DNA of 64,000 nt from positions 11,346,001 to 11,410,000 of the forward strand of contig NC_087436.1 of NCBI RefSeq assembly GCF_036321535.1, written 5' to 3'. Positions 24,901-35,833 of this stretch are shown here, in pieces. The translations under genes were made by a program, and so were the position numbers. Numbering within the stretch: position 1 is the stretch's first letter; each line of letters begins with the position of its first letter. The stretch is from Camelus dromedarius (lineage: Eukaryota). Under the pieces are notes generated by a model, which did not search any database, had not been told where the DNA came from, and saw nothing but the letters and a program-made list of their open reading frames with translations.

Positions 24901-27680
24901 AGATTTTTTTTTTCTCTCACAAGAAGGCAAAAGGGGGCAAACTTAAACTTGCTTAACAGTAAATGTTTCAATATTTTATCTTAATTAAAATGATCTAGAC
25001 CTTTTCTTTTTGATGGCTTAAGTATATTATCTTGATAAAAATGACCCAGGCTTTTTAGGAATTTTGATCAATTAACTTAATTTAGCAAAACTCTCTAAGG
25101 TTTCAAGTTACTAAGAATCTGGAAAAGCTAAAACATTTTTTCTAAACAGTTTATCTAAAAGCTTTTACATTATTTATCTCTATTTTATTACTTAAGACAG
25201 TATTGTCATACTGAGTTAATTTTCTTGCTGGCATTTTTCAACATACATAAAGTGAGTTTATTGACTTTCAGTAAACCTGGGTACAATAAAAGTAATATAC
25301 TTAATAATGATGACTTTAAAGATGTCTGTATTAATTAACAAACCTTAATTCTAATACTAGATAGTAATTTAAATACTGAATATTCACCAGATCATGTGAA
25401 CCTGAAATTTATTTTGGTTAATTTTTTTTTTTTTTTGTATTTAGAAATGTTTGATTTGTAAGCCCTTCCTTACCTTTTTTTAAAAAAATCCAATTGAAAA
25501 GAGCTCCTTTGCAAAACAAATTTCCCTTTTTGTAACAATAAACAACATGCAAATGGAAAGATAAGAAATCATGACCACCCATGTTATGGCAATTTACCTG
25601 CAAGGTGTAAGACCAAAATTAACAGTTGGAATAAGTTAAATTTACTTACTTGAGTTTAAAAAGCCTCTTTCCTGCTTCTTTTCCTTTGGTTTGAAGTTTT
25701 ACTAAATAACCCATTGCTTTACTCTCAGGCAACGTGGGCTGTGCTTATTTTTTAAGGACATGATGAGATCTGTAACTTCAGGGTTTCTCCTAGGAATATT
25801 TTTGTTCCCTCAGGGTCAAAATTATGGGGAAAAAAAGAAGTGTTTTATCAAGCCAAACTTTTTAACCTGTATATACAAAAAGAATCAGTTTTGGGTTTTT
25901 TTTTTTTTTTTTTGCATGCCGAGTTTAAAGAATATTACGGCTACTTAAGGTTAAGGAAAAAAGTATCTTCTTCCTAAACGTAATTAAAGCTCTCCCAGTT
26001 TTTGCAAAATACACCCTATGGAACAAGAGCAGGATGGAACAGGGCTCTCATTTCCCATTGTTCTTTCAAGAGGCTGGTGTGACCAGAAACAGACAGGTCA
26101 GGACTAAAGCCCTGTTTCTTTCACCCCAGAACTGAAAGCTCTGTGGGCAGCAATGCCTGGTCAGAGGCAGCAGTCAGCACTGTCCCTGAGACAGAAGTGC
26201 TCAGGTAGCTGCTGGACAGAATCCCAGAGCCACTGGCCAGGGGCCAATGCTCCACAGGCAACAGGCCCAATTAACATGGAGCCCAGGACAAAAGTGGTCC
26301 CCAGTTACTCCCATAGACCTGCTCTAACAAACCCCAGGCCACTGGCCACTGCAGAGAGCACTGCTGCCTCAGACCTTGACCTTCCCATCAATTTTTAACA
26401 ATATACACTGTAGACCAGGTCCAATCCCTGCTTCATTATATGTAACAGTCTATACCACTCACTAAGCAGACAAGGAGAGAAATCACAGGAGTACATGGCT
26501 CAGAAATGTTCCCAGGTGGGGAATAACTGATTTTCCCAGAAATAGCAGTGAGCTGAGAGCAGTCTGTAGCCTCTACGGCTCCACTGACTTACATAGTCAC
26601 AAAGGTCCTTTCCCCACAAATACTGACTTTGCTTAGAAAAATAGCATTGGGGCTTACAACGTGAAGTCAAACAAGGACAGTCATCCAGGTGCACCACAGT
26701 CAAAGAGACATGCAGAGGGGAAGCAATTCCAATGGTGCCTGAACCAGCCCCTGGGGATCAGTCTTGGATTTTCAGATTCAGGCCAACCTTCCCAGTCAGC
26801 AGAATAGACAACTGAAGAGAACAGACCAGACACAACAGAGCAGATGAAGGACTCCCGCCTCCTTGCTAAGAAAAAAAAAAGGGGGGGAAAGGAAAAGAAG
26901 GGGAGTAAGAGAAAGAGAAGAAAGGGGAGAAGCCATGCCTGCCTGTGACAGATGGACCAAAGCCAAAGCCCCGGCAGTGTAGCAGCCGCCCCAAGGACAC
27001 TGAAACAAAAGCGCTTCAGGCAGCTCTGCCCTCTGCCCCAGAAGGAATCTCCTCCTCTGGGATCCCGGGAGCCTGGGGGCCCAAAGAGGTCCTGGCTCAG
27101 CCTCCCTCCTAGAAGGGCTCCCCATCTTACGTCACTAGGCCCTTTCCAGATTCTTGGACAGCAATACCAGAGAAATGACTATCATTTCCACAGGACTCTT
27201 AGGCGAGCAGAGCTTTGTATTAAAAGAGATCCCTTGTGCACAAGGGAAAAGGTGGAAAAACGTTACACCTCCTCGAGCAGAAGGGGCAAGTTTTGCTTTT
27301 ATAACAAAAAGGGAGGGGTTTGTTTCATGATCACAGACATTTCCATAATGTGTCAAACTTCTTTGATCAGCACCAGAAGGCTCCCCAGTGACTATCAGGA
27401 ATGGGGAGTGTTTCTGTGAGGGGGGAAAGGAGGCATGAGAATTTTCTGCAGGAAAACACAGGGACAAAAGGAACAGGAAATTGATAGTTGAACTTCTTGT
27501 CTTGTGGCAATTATGTGCACTTGTTAGTGTCACAGAGATAAAGTTATTCTTTAAGCCTGTTTCTTTTTTGTTTCTTTGCTTCTAGGACTCAGGCCCCCAG
27601 GGCCTTTGTTCTTGAGCCTAAAGGCATGCTTTGCTCAAATTGCTATCCAAAATGACTGTGCTCTTCTCTTCCTGTCTCAG
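21945..27680 (-). mobile_element. Old non-autonomous ERV provirus with two LTRs (about 21945-22495 and 27130-27680) and an AT-rich internal region
   Basis: Two ~550 bp direct repeats, both beginning ..CCCTTTCCAGATTCTTGGA.AGCAAT..TATCATTTCCACA.GACTCTTAG and ending CTTCCTGTCTC, roughly 70% identical by eye. The internal region is AT-rich with no long ORF, like MER4-group internals. Confidence 0.7.
22545..22910 (-). mobile_element. LINE-1 3' end inserted in the ERV internal region
   Basis: ATTGAAGTATAGCTGATGTAC...CCCACTGGTAACCACTAGTTT...TAGATTCCACATGTAAGTG, an antisense L1 3'UTR. Confidence 0.75.
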
Positions 27681-29642
27681 AAAGAAAGTATTGTTGTCAA
27701 GTATTTGAAATGGCAGCCAACTCAGGTCAGTTACTTGTAATGGTAGGTCTGGCTTTGGGATTGCTGTAATCCCAGCATTTCCCTAAGAGACAGAGACAGA
27801 AAGGATCTGGACCCTTGGATTAGAGGGAGAGTGTGGCTCACAGAAGGGAGAGGAGCTGGCCTGTTGCCTGGGGCAGGAGCCCACTGGGAACAGTGGCTGG
27901 TGACCCTTGTGAAACTGTATCCACACAGAACATGTTCAGCCTGTAAAATAACAGATACAGAGTAGAGCAATGTATTCCTTTCCAAGGGCTGCCATGCAGA
28001 ACACCGCACATAGCTGGGGTGACTTCAACAATAGACACTGATTCTGTCACAATTCTGGAGGCTGGAAGCTGCCGATCAAAGGGCCAGGAGGTTCACTTAC
28101 CCCTGAGCCCTGGCTCGGGGACTCCCAGGGGGCTGCTTCCTGCCTGGGACCTCCTTTCCTCCGTGGGTGCCTGTCCCAGACGTCTCTTCCAAGGTGACCA
28201 GTCAGTGTTGAACTAGGGCCTCTCCCCAGCAGCCTCATTTTAACTTAATCAACATTTTACAGCCCTTCTCACCACAAAGAGTCCCATTCCGATGTGCTGA
28301 GATTTACAGATTCAATATAGGAACTGTGCATGGGGGGAGGGGAGGACACACGGTTCAGCCAACATGTCCCATGTTCACATCCAGTGAGTCTCCCCCACCC
28401 TTCCCTGCTCCTCCTCACTGTGAAGCCGGTCCTGGTATCACAGGGTTTTATATGTAAACAGTGTACTGTGTAGCTTTCCTGTTGAGTCTCTTTTCATTAA
28501 CAAAATCACATTAATTAACCATTACCAGGCATCTGCTGTCCTAACTGACTACAGTTGCTTTTTGTTTGGAAATGTATGTATTTGAATCCAGGAAAAAAAA
28601 AAAAAACTGGTAAAACACTGTCGATTATGTACATGGTGTTTATCTCCTTAATGTGTGTTCTTTCCCCCGTGTTAGCATTTTCTGGAAGGAGCTGCTGAGC
28701 TGTGCGGAGACTGGCCCACGTCTGGATGTGCTGACTGGCCCACGCTGGGGATCCTCACGGCCACCTGGAGCTGGGCTGTCCCTGAAGGAGAGGACGACCT
28801 CTCAGGCCTCGATTTCCGGCCACCGAGTGAAAGGGACCAAGGTGCCCAAGGCAGCGGAGGCTCCTGGGGCTCCGGGCCCTGCGGCTGCGGCTGTGGAGGT
28901 GAAGGAAGGGGCAGGACTCGGCCCCACTGCACACAGCTCCCTGGGTCCTGGGAGACCCACGGGCGGGCGTGAAGGCCAGAGAGAAGGTGGCGGGTCGGAA
29001 GCTTGTCCCTGTCCCAGCCCCTGGAGAGCCGGGCTTCTCTGAGGGCGTCTCCCCTGACAGGACCCCTCCCGGCACGATGGCCCTGGCGGCCTCCCTGGCG
29101 CAGCTGCACGCGGAGGCCAGCTGCCCCATCTGCCTGGACTGCCTGACGGACCCGGTGACCACGGGCTGTGGGCACAACTTCTGTCACGCCTGCCTCCAGC
29201 AGCGCTGGGAGGGGCTCCGGGACCTCTTCCCCTGCCCGCTCTGCCTGCAGCCCTGCCCTGAGCGCAGCTGCAGGAGGAACAGCCAGTTAAGCCACCTGGC
29301 TGACGCTGTGAGGCAGCTTCCCAGCACGAGGGCCAAGAGGGGCCGGCAGGGGGAGGCCCCCCTGTGTGAGAAGCACAGTCAGGCCCTGAGCCTGTTCTGT
29401 GAGGAGGACCTGGAGCTGCTGTGTCCCCAGTGCAGGCTCTCCTCTGAGCACCGCCACCACCCCCTAGTGCCCGTGGAGCAAGCTGCAGTGTGTCACAGGA
29501 GGAGGCTCAAGGGCTACCTGGAGCCCCTGACAAAGCAGCTGGAAGCTGCTGAAAAGGGCTTAGAAATGCAAGTCTCCAAGTCATTTGAGTTGGTGTCCAA
29601 CATGGAGAATCAAAGGAGCAAACTGCACTCTGAAGTTGAACA
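26998..29642 (+). repeat. Inverted duplication arm A (near-identical to 61367-64000)
   Basis: The reverse complement of 61367-64000 aligns along the whole stretch, with about 25 substitution or indel events by eye. I see only 2 between about 28660 and 29640. Confidence 0.95.
27970..28365 (-). mobile_element. MLT1 (ERVL-MaLR) LTR; mirrored copy at about 62635-63022
   Basis: Antisense MLT1 hallmarks: AGGGCTGCCAT..., CACAATTCTGGAGGCTGGAAG, CCTCATTTTAACTTAAT, GGACAC..TTCAGCC. Confidence 0.7.
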
Positions 29643-30462
29643 CTTTAAGCGTTTCTTGGGAACAGAGCATGACGAAATTCATGTTAAGCTGCTAAATGAA
29701 GAAAAGAGTGTTGTAGATAAAATAACTGGGAAAAAAATCCAAATATCAGACCACGGATCCACGTTGAAAAGTCTGCTTTATGAAATAACCAACAAGTGTT
29801 CCCAGACTGACCTGGATTTACTCACAGGCATTGAAAGAATCCACAGAAGCTATGAAAATTTAGAGAGCCCAGCAGCCTTTTGGTCTGAAGTGAAGAAGGA
29901 GGTTTTCACTCTCCCCCCACAGTATTTTGGCTTGCACAAAATGATCAGCACCTTTCAGGTCCATTTGACACTGGAGCCTGAAACTGCTCACCACAGCCTC
30001 CAAATTTCACAAGATCGGAAAACTGCAACTTTTCGATGGATGGAACCAAACTGTGTTCATCCTCCCCAAGTGTTTACTTCTTACCCCGCTGTCCTGAGTT
30101 CAGAGGGTTTTGATGCTGGCAGGCATTTTTGGCAGGTAGAAGGCAGAGGCAGTGGGGAATGGTCCTTAGGGGTGTGTAAAGAATCTTTCCCTAGAAATTC
30201 TCTTGTGTCACCTTCCCCAAGCAATGGCTGCTGGCAAATTCAGCTCTGGGGAACCACCCGTGACACACGGGTTTCAGGAAATGCCTGTCGGATTGGCATT
30301 TTTCTGGACTATGATTTGGGAGAAGTTTCTTTTTACAATTTGAATGATAGGTCTCCTTTGTATATATTCAGTGACATTTTTACAGAAAAACTTATGCCCT
30401 ATTTCTCTATTAGACCTTCTTCTAAATCACTTACAATAAGTATAGTTGAAGATGAGTGCTGA
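29077..30462 (+). CDS. TRIM60/TRIM75-like paralog A, 461 aa (RING/B-box2/CC/PRY-SPRY), uninterrupted CDS
   Basis: ATG in a strong context (ACGATGG) begins MALAASLAQLHAEASCPICLDCLTDPVTTGCGHNFC. It has a B-box (CEKH..C....CPQC....H..H), LEPETAH and IGIFLDYDLGEVSFYN. AATAAA lies at 30524-30529. Confidence 0.9.
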   Translation: MALAASLAQLHAEASCPICLDCLTDPVTTGCGHNFCHACLQQRWEGLRDLFPCPLCLQPCPERSCRRNSQLSHLADAVRQLPSTRAKRGRQGEAPLCEKHSQALSLFCEEDLELLCPQCRLSSEHRHHPLVPVEQAAVCHRRRLKGYLEPLTKQLEAAEKGLEMQVSKSFELVSNMENQRSKLHSEVEHFKRFLGTEHDEIHVKLLNEEKSVVDKITGKKIQISDHGSTLKSLLYEITNKCSQTDLDLLTGIERIHRSYENLESPAAFWSEVKKEVFTLPPQYFGLHKMISTFQVHLTLEPETAHHSLQISQDRKTATFRWMEPNCVHPPQVFTSYPAVLSSEGFDAGRHFWQVEGRGSGEWSLGVCKESFPRNSLVSPSPSNGCWQIQLWGTTRDTRVSGNACRIGIFLDYDLGEVSFYNLNDRSPLYIFSDIFTEKLMPYFSIRPSSKSLTISIVEDEC

Positions 30463-32529
30463 GCCACTTTGGAAGACTTTCTGTATGATCCACGTTCTTG
30501 CTATGTTCTTGGCAAGTCCTTGCAATAAAGAGTCTGAGTCCATCTTTGATGTCTGACTGCTGATGTCTTTTCACCCTCACCCTCGGGCCTCCCCTGTGCC
30601 CCACATCTGGGCAAGCTGTCAGGACAGCCTGGAGGCTCCTTCACTGGGCTAAGCAAGGCGGTTCTCACCCAGGACGGTCCTGGCTACAGAGGAGCTTTCC
30701 CCAGCAACAACCCCCTCAGACTAGTGGCTTTTCTCTTTTCTCTGAAGACACTTCTGGACCAGTGGCCGCCCTGATTTCACACAAGGCCTCAGTGAGTGGT
30801 AATAAACGGTATGTTGTGGCAGTCTTGACACAGGTAAATTTTGAGTGGCTGGGGTTTTGCCTCAGTGGGTTGACCAGAGCACTCCTTAGAATATCGTTTG
30901 ATTCCAGTTTTTCAGATATTCGGATCCCAGGGGGATGCTACATTCATCTTTGTTTTTCAAGTATCAGAAGACAGGTAGTTTTAGCCTTTGTTTTTTAAAA
31001 CTATATTTGTGATTCCCATTTCTCCACAGAAAGGTGTGGGTGGGATTCTGTTACAAATTCCTTGAAATTTTTAGTTACAAAAATAATGTTTCACAACCGG
31101 TTCTTCTGAAAATTTCTACCACAAGACATCTAATTTGTCTTACATTGCAGTGAATGTCAGTGAATGTTGAAAAATAATACATGTAGATCGACATGGACAA
31201 CTATGAAAAAGCTCTCTGAAATGCATGGTTTTAGCTATTGTAAGTAAATGGCAGGTGCAGATGGGTTCATTAAAATGTCCTTCCTAACAAAGTTAAGGAC
31301 CTTCACAACAGAGTAAAGGATGACTCTCTGATAGGAACAACTGAAGGAAATTTGTGATCTACACATGGGTTTTGAGGCCATGGCACTAGTTTATACAGAC
31401 AAATTTGGATTTGAAGTCAGGTCCTGCAAAATCTCCAGTAACAGGACCTAAATCTTTTGCCAAATAATATCTCTGTACGATTAAATAACGTGATTGCCAC
31501 AGACACAAACATATTAAAAATAAAGCATAAATTGACTATTAATTTATCACCTATCAGGTTTATCTGTGAAATTTATTATTACTTTACACCCACACTTTCA
31601 AGGGAAATCTGAAATTTAGGTTTGCTTGTTGTAATTTTGTCATATTTCCTGTTTTTAACCCAATGATCATTTTTTGCAAGTATCAGCAAATAAGTTTCCT
31701 TTCCTTTTTTTTTTTCTTGTAGCTCTAGATAATAGGTATATCTATTAATAGGTAAATGTGGTATATACAGTGTGGTATACTTTTAAAAATACTGATTAAT
31801 ATTCATTATTTTTAAAAGTTACCTGATTATAGTACAAATATAAAAATTACAGTATATAAGGTCATAATGGTCTCCCACTATGCTGGATCTCCCAGTCACA
31901 TATTTTTACTTTTCACAGATAAACATTTCCTAGATCTTCATGTATACCACACATATTTTAAACACATATGTACTAACACAAACACATCCACACATTCAAA
32001 TGGTGGTATATTACACACCATTATGATTGTTTTTCATTTTTATTTTGTTTACACCTTTACATTATTTTGGAAATTGATATTTCAATACATATAAATGGTC
32101 ATTCTACTTAAAGCATCATCAGTCCAATTTGGATGCACTATAATTCACTTAAGCAATCCTCCAATGATGAACTTCACTTGTGACAGTATTTTCTCAAAAT
32201 CAGTAGGACAACAAATAACCTTGGGTATCTATCTTTCACATGTATGGGACACCACTTTATGAAAAATTCCTTAAAACCTCAGAATCCTTAACACAGCATT
32301 CTAGGCCTCGCCGCTACAAATCAATCAGCACTGTCCTGAGATGAAGCCTGTTTGTCATTATTGGCATAGCAAGTAATCCATATAATTTAATGTCCATTTC
32401 CTTCTCAAAAACAAACAAACAAACAAAAGATTTCAGGAGATACCTGTCGGATTGGTGTTTTGGATTGCTGAGTCAACGGTACACGCTGCATTTCCAATGC
32501 TCATACTGGCAGATTGCCCCGTGAGTAGG

Positions 32530-32680
32530 ATATTGGCAAACTACTGCCTGCAGACTGAATCCAGCCCAGTACGTGCTTTGGTAAAAAGGGCTGAATTGGA
32601 ACACGGCAGGCCATTATTTGCTGTATTATCTATGGCTGCTTTCATGCTACAGTGGCAGCACTGAGTAACTGCCAAGAGAT
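32530..32680 (+). mobile_element. MER58-like DNA transposon fossil; inverted paralogous copy at about 59340-59490
   Basis: GGCAAACTAC...AATCCAGCCC...TTGGAACAC...TCTATGGCTGCTTTCATGCTACAGTGGCAG resembles MER58A. Confidence 0.6.
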
Positions 32681-33239
32681 CATATATACTATATAAAAAA
32701 TTCTTAAAGAATATTAAGTTACTCTCTCCCTCAAAAGTCTCTAAGGACCATTTCATAGACTACAACAATGCCTATCATGGCCTTGTGACCCTACCAAAAA
32801 AAAAAAAAAAAAAGGTTGGCTCTCCCTCTAACTCACCTCTCTGATCTCACTGTTAACTTTTTCCACTTCACTGACTTCCTCTATGTGTTGGCCTCCTTGC
32901 TGTCCCGGGCTTGCCAATCCCATCCCCATAACATTTGCTCTAGCCATTCATTCTGCAGTGCTCCACCAATGCTATTCCCTCATCCAGTTTGCATTCTTTA
33001 TTCTCTAAGACGCCTACCCTGACCGCCAGTCTTCACGGCTGACCCTTTCCCACACACAGTACTCTCGTGCTGTTGACACTGATCAGCTTCTCCCTGTTCC
33101 TACAGCACTTTCTCAGCCTGAAAGAACTGTAGCAATCATTTATTATTTGATTGTCTTTTTTCTCCATTCTAGAAGTACACTGCTCCAGGACAGGAATCTT
33201 TTGTTTTGCTCAGCTAGTACAATTCTGGATTGAAGGTAT

Positions 33240-33545
33240 CTGCTTAGTTTTATATGTCAGTGTTGCTGGGCCTTGGTGCCCATACATGTTGTCAAATAGT
33301 ATTCTAGCTATTTCTCTGAGACTGCATTTGGATGAGGTTAACATTTAAATTGGTGGACTTTAAGCAGACTGCCATCCAAAGTGTGGGGGAGCCTCACCCA
33401 ATCTGAATAGAACAGAAGACTGACCTACAACGAACAAGAGGGAGTTCAGCCAAAGGATGACTTTCGGATTTCAGCTGCAGCCTAGAGTCTTCTCTGGTTA
33501 ACAGTATACGTCCTATTGCTTGTTTCTCTGGAGAATCCTGACAAA
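33240..33545 (+). mobile_element. MLT2-like (ERV-L) LTR, internally deleted
   Basis: TTTTATATGTCA...GGATGAGGTTAACATTTAAATTGGTGGACT...TTTCTCTGGAGAATCCTGAC resembles MLT2 ends. Confidence 0.6.
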
Positions 33546-34417
33546 TGGAGTATCTCAGAATTCAGCAAGATAAATGAACAAACAAAACTCAAACTTTTAG
33601 GAATAAAAATATTTAAACACTATAAAAAAAATCAGTATCCAAAGTATCAAGAATCAGACTGGTATCACACTTCTCAAAAACAACGATAATGAATTATATG
33701 GAAACATTTTCATCACAACACTCCAAAATGAAGAGAAACAAGCAGGAAGATACAGGATTAAACCAATAAGGAATCCAAGATTGGAGGACAAGTCCCAGGA
33801 TAGTGGGGTGGGATGATAACTATATATATATAGCTTGTCCAGATTGCAACATGAGATTCAGAACCATGTTCACAAGGGAAAAAAACCTTAAGATTACCTA
33901 TGATTTGCATAAATGTGTATAGGGAAAGGGTTTTTAATAGGCAAAAATCCTCATTATTCATAAGTATCAGTCAGTTGTGTCAACTGGTAACAGACACATA
34001 AAGAACAGAACATGATATTAAGGTATATAAGATATACGGAGGTAAACAGAAAAATCCACTAAAAAGAAAGGTAGGTATGTGGTAAGGAGGACTGTTGACA
34101 AGATTTATATCACTGTAAAGAAATAACTGTAACTAAAAAACAATTTACGGGCAATTTCAACAGCAAATCATTTATTGGATGTGTCAAGTAATATAATTCT
34201 CAACTACTTCATCTTAGAAATAAACAGAACTTGAAAACTGATACCTATAATACCTATGAAATTGGCATTACTACCATGTTTTTATTGTTACTGAAAATGC
34301 AGACTACAAATCTATTCTGGTTTTCAGCAGCAATCCTTAAAAACAGTCCCAGGATTACTGAAGCTAAATTTCCTAAGTTGTCGCTAAACACTGATGCTGT
34401 ACTGTTTCCCAGGTACT

Positions 34418-35833
34418 TCAACTTTCATCAGCTGTTACTGAAGATATTTTAAGAGGTTCCGAATCGATCCCAGTATAGAAGTAGGGGCAAATGGCTTCTG
34501 TAAATGAATCACTAAAACTATAGAGAAGAGATCTGTCACTCAGATTGTAAAAGGAAACCTCACCCAAGTCATAGTCCAGAAAAATGCCAATCTTACTGGG
34601 TCCTACCATGGGCAGGAGACGGTTTCTCTTAGGACCCGACACAACATAAATACTCTCAGCATACCGCCCAACTGCCCAGAATCCACCCTCAACCACTGGC
34701 TGACTCCGCCAGTTCCTAGGAAACCAGTCTTGACACACCCCCAATGTCCATTTAGGCTTGTTTCCCACTTCTACCTCCCAGTAATGCCTACCAGAATGGA
34801 ATCTGTTACAACCCAGGACAGCAGGGCAGAGATAAAATCTCCTTGGGTTATAACAAAGGCTTTGTTTTCTCTTCTCATATCGCACAATTTTTCTATCCTC
34901 AGAGACAATAAGCTGCGGATGTGCTGTTTCAAGGTCTAGAATCACATCTACTTGAAATGGCTTGATAATTCTGTCAAAGCCAGAATACTGTGGAGGAAGG
35001 TTAAACCCATATTTCTTTAGTTGGAATGAAAAGCGTTCAGGAGGGGTTAGGTTTTGATACCTGTGGTGGATACTCTTAACCTGCCTCAGTACTTCCAGGT
35101 CTGACTGCACACACTTACCCTCTACCTCCCTCAGCAGATGTTTCAATGAGGAAACATGATCTGTAAATGTTACAAAGTTTTCATTTAGTTTTGCTAAAAT
35201 CTCCATCTCTTCATCTTCCATCTGCCGAAGAATATCCTCTTGCTGATTTTGTAGAAACAGTCTAAGTTGCTCAAATTCAGAATGTATTTCTTCTCTCCTA
35301 TATTTCACCTGCTTTCTCAGTTCAACTGATTTGCTGGCTTGCAGAGTTAGCACTTTTTCAACTTGTTCCATATTATCCTTCAAGGGCTTAATGGTACATT
35401 CCAGGATTTTCCTGTGATGAGAGGCAGCTTTCTTAATGGGGCAAATGCAGTGTTTCTGGTGCTGAATGGAGAAACTGCACTGTGTACATAAAACCTCTAG
35501 GTCCTTCCCACAAAAAAGGGTCAGAAGCTGGTTGTGCGTCTCACACATGGAACTCTCTTCCTGCCTCTTCCTCTTGCTCCTTCTGATCTGCAGCAGCTTA
35601 GCAATTTCAGTCAAATGGCTGAGCTGGGAGTTGCTCCTGATATTCCTGTCTTGAAAGCAAACACGGCAGACAGGACAGTGGGCGGGAGCACCCAGGCCCT
35701 TCCAAGTCCTGCTGATGCATGAGCGACAGAAGTTGTGCCCACAGTTGATCGTTACCGGGTCTTTCAAGTAGTCCAGGCAGATGGGGCAGCTAGACTCCTC
35801 CTGGAGCTGTACCAGCGCTGTCACAAACTCCAT
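34418..35833 (-). CDS. TRIM60: Tripartite motif protein 60, 471 aa, uninterrupted CDS
   Basis: MEFVTALVQLQEESSCPICLDYLKDPVTINCGHNFCRSC, IRRSKRKRQ, WEVEVGNKPKW and PSKIGIFLDY match TRIM60 as I recall it, including the length. Candidate AATAAA signals at 34281-34286 and 34171-34176; candidate acceptor TTTTTTCTTCCTTAG| at about 36119. Confidence 0.95.
   Translation of the reverse strand: MEFVTALVQLQEESSCPICLDYLKDPVTINCGHNFCRSCISRTWKGLGAPAHCPVCRVCFQDRNIRSNSQLSHLTEIAKLLQIRRSKRKRQEESSMCETHNQLLTLFCGKDLEVLCTQCSFSIQHQKHCICPIKKAASHHRKILECTIKPLKDNMEQVEKVLTLQASKSVELRKQVKYRREEIHSEFEQLRLFLQNQQEDILRQMEDEEMEILAKLNENFVTFTDHVSSLKHLLREVEGKCVQSDLEVLRQVKSIHHRYQNLTPPERFSFQLKKYGFNLPPQYSGFDRIIKPFQVDVILDLETAHPQLIVSEDRKIVRYEKRKQSLCYNPRRFYLCPAVLGCNRFHSGRHYWEVEVGNKPKWTLGVCQDWFPRNWRSQPVVEGGFWAVGRYAESIYVVSGPKRNRLLPMVGPSKIGIFLDYDLGEVSFYNLSDRSLLYSFSDSFTEAICPYFYTGIDSEPLKISSVTADES

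Noticed and set aside
28969..29076. 36-aa extension of paralog A
   Set aside because: The start codon is GTG in this copy; the first ATG is at 29077.
29077..30462. Assigning the symbol TRIM61 to paralogs A and B
   Set aside because: The N-terminus (MALAASL) does not match human TRIM61 as I recall it (MEFVTAL...). Orthology needs a phylogeny.
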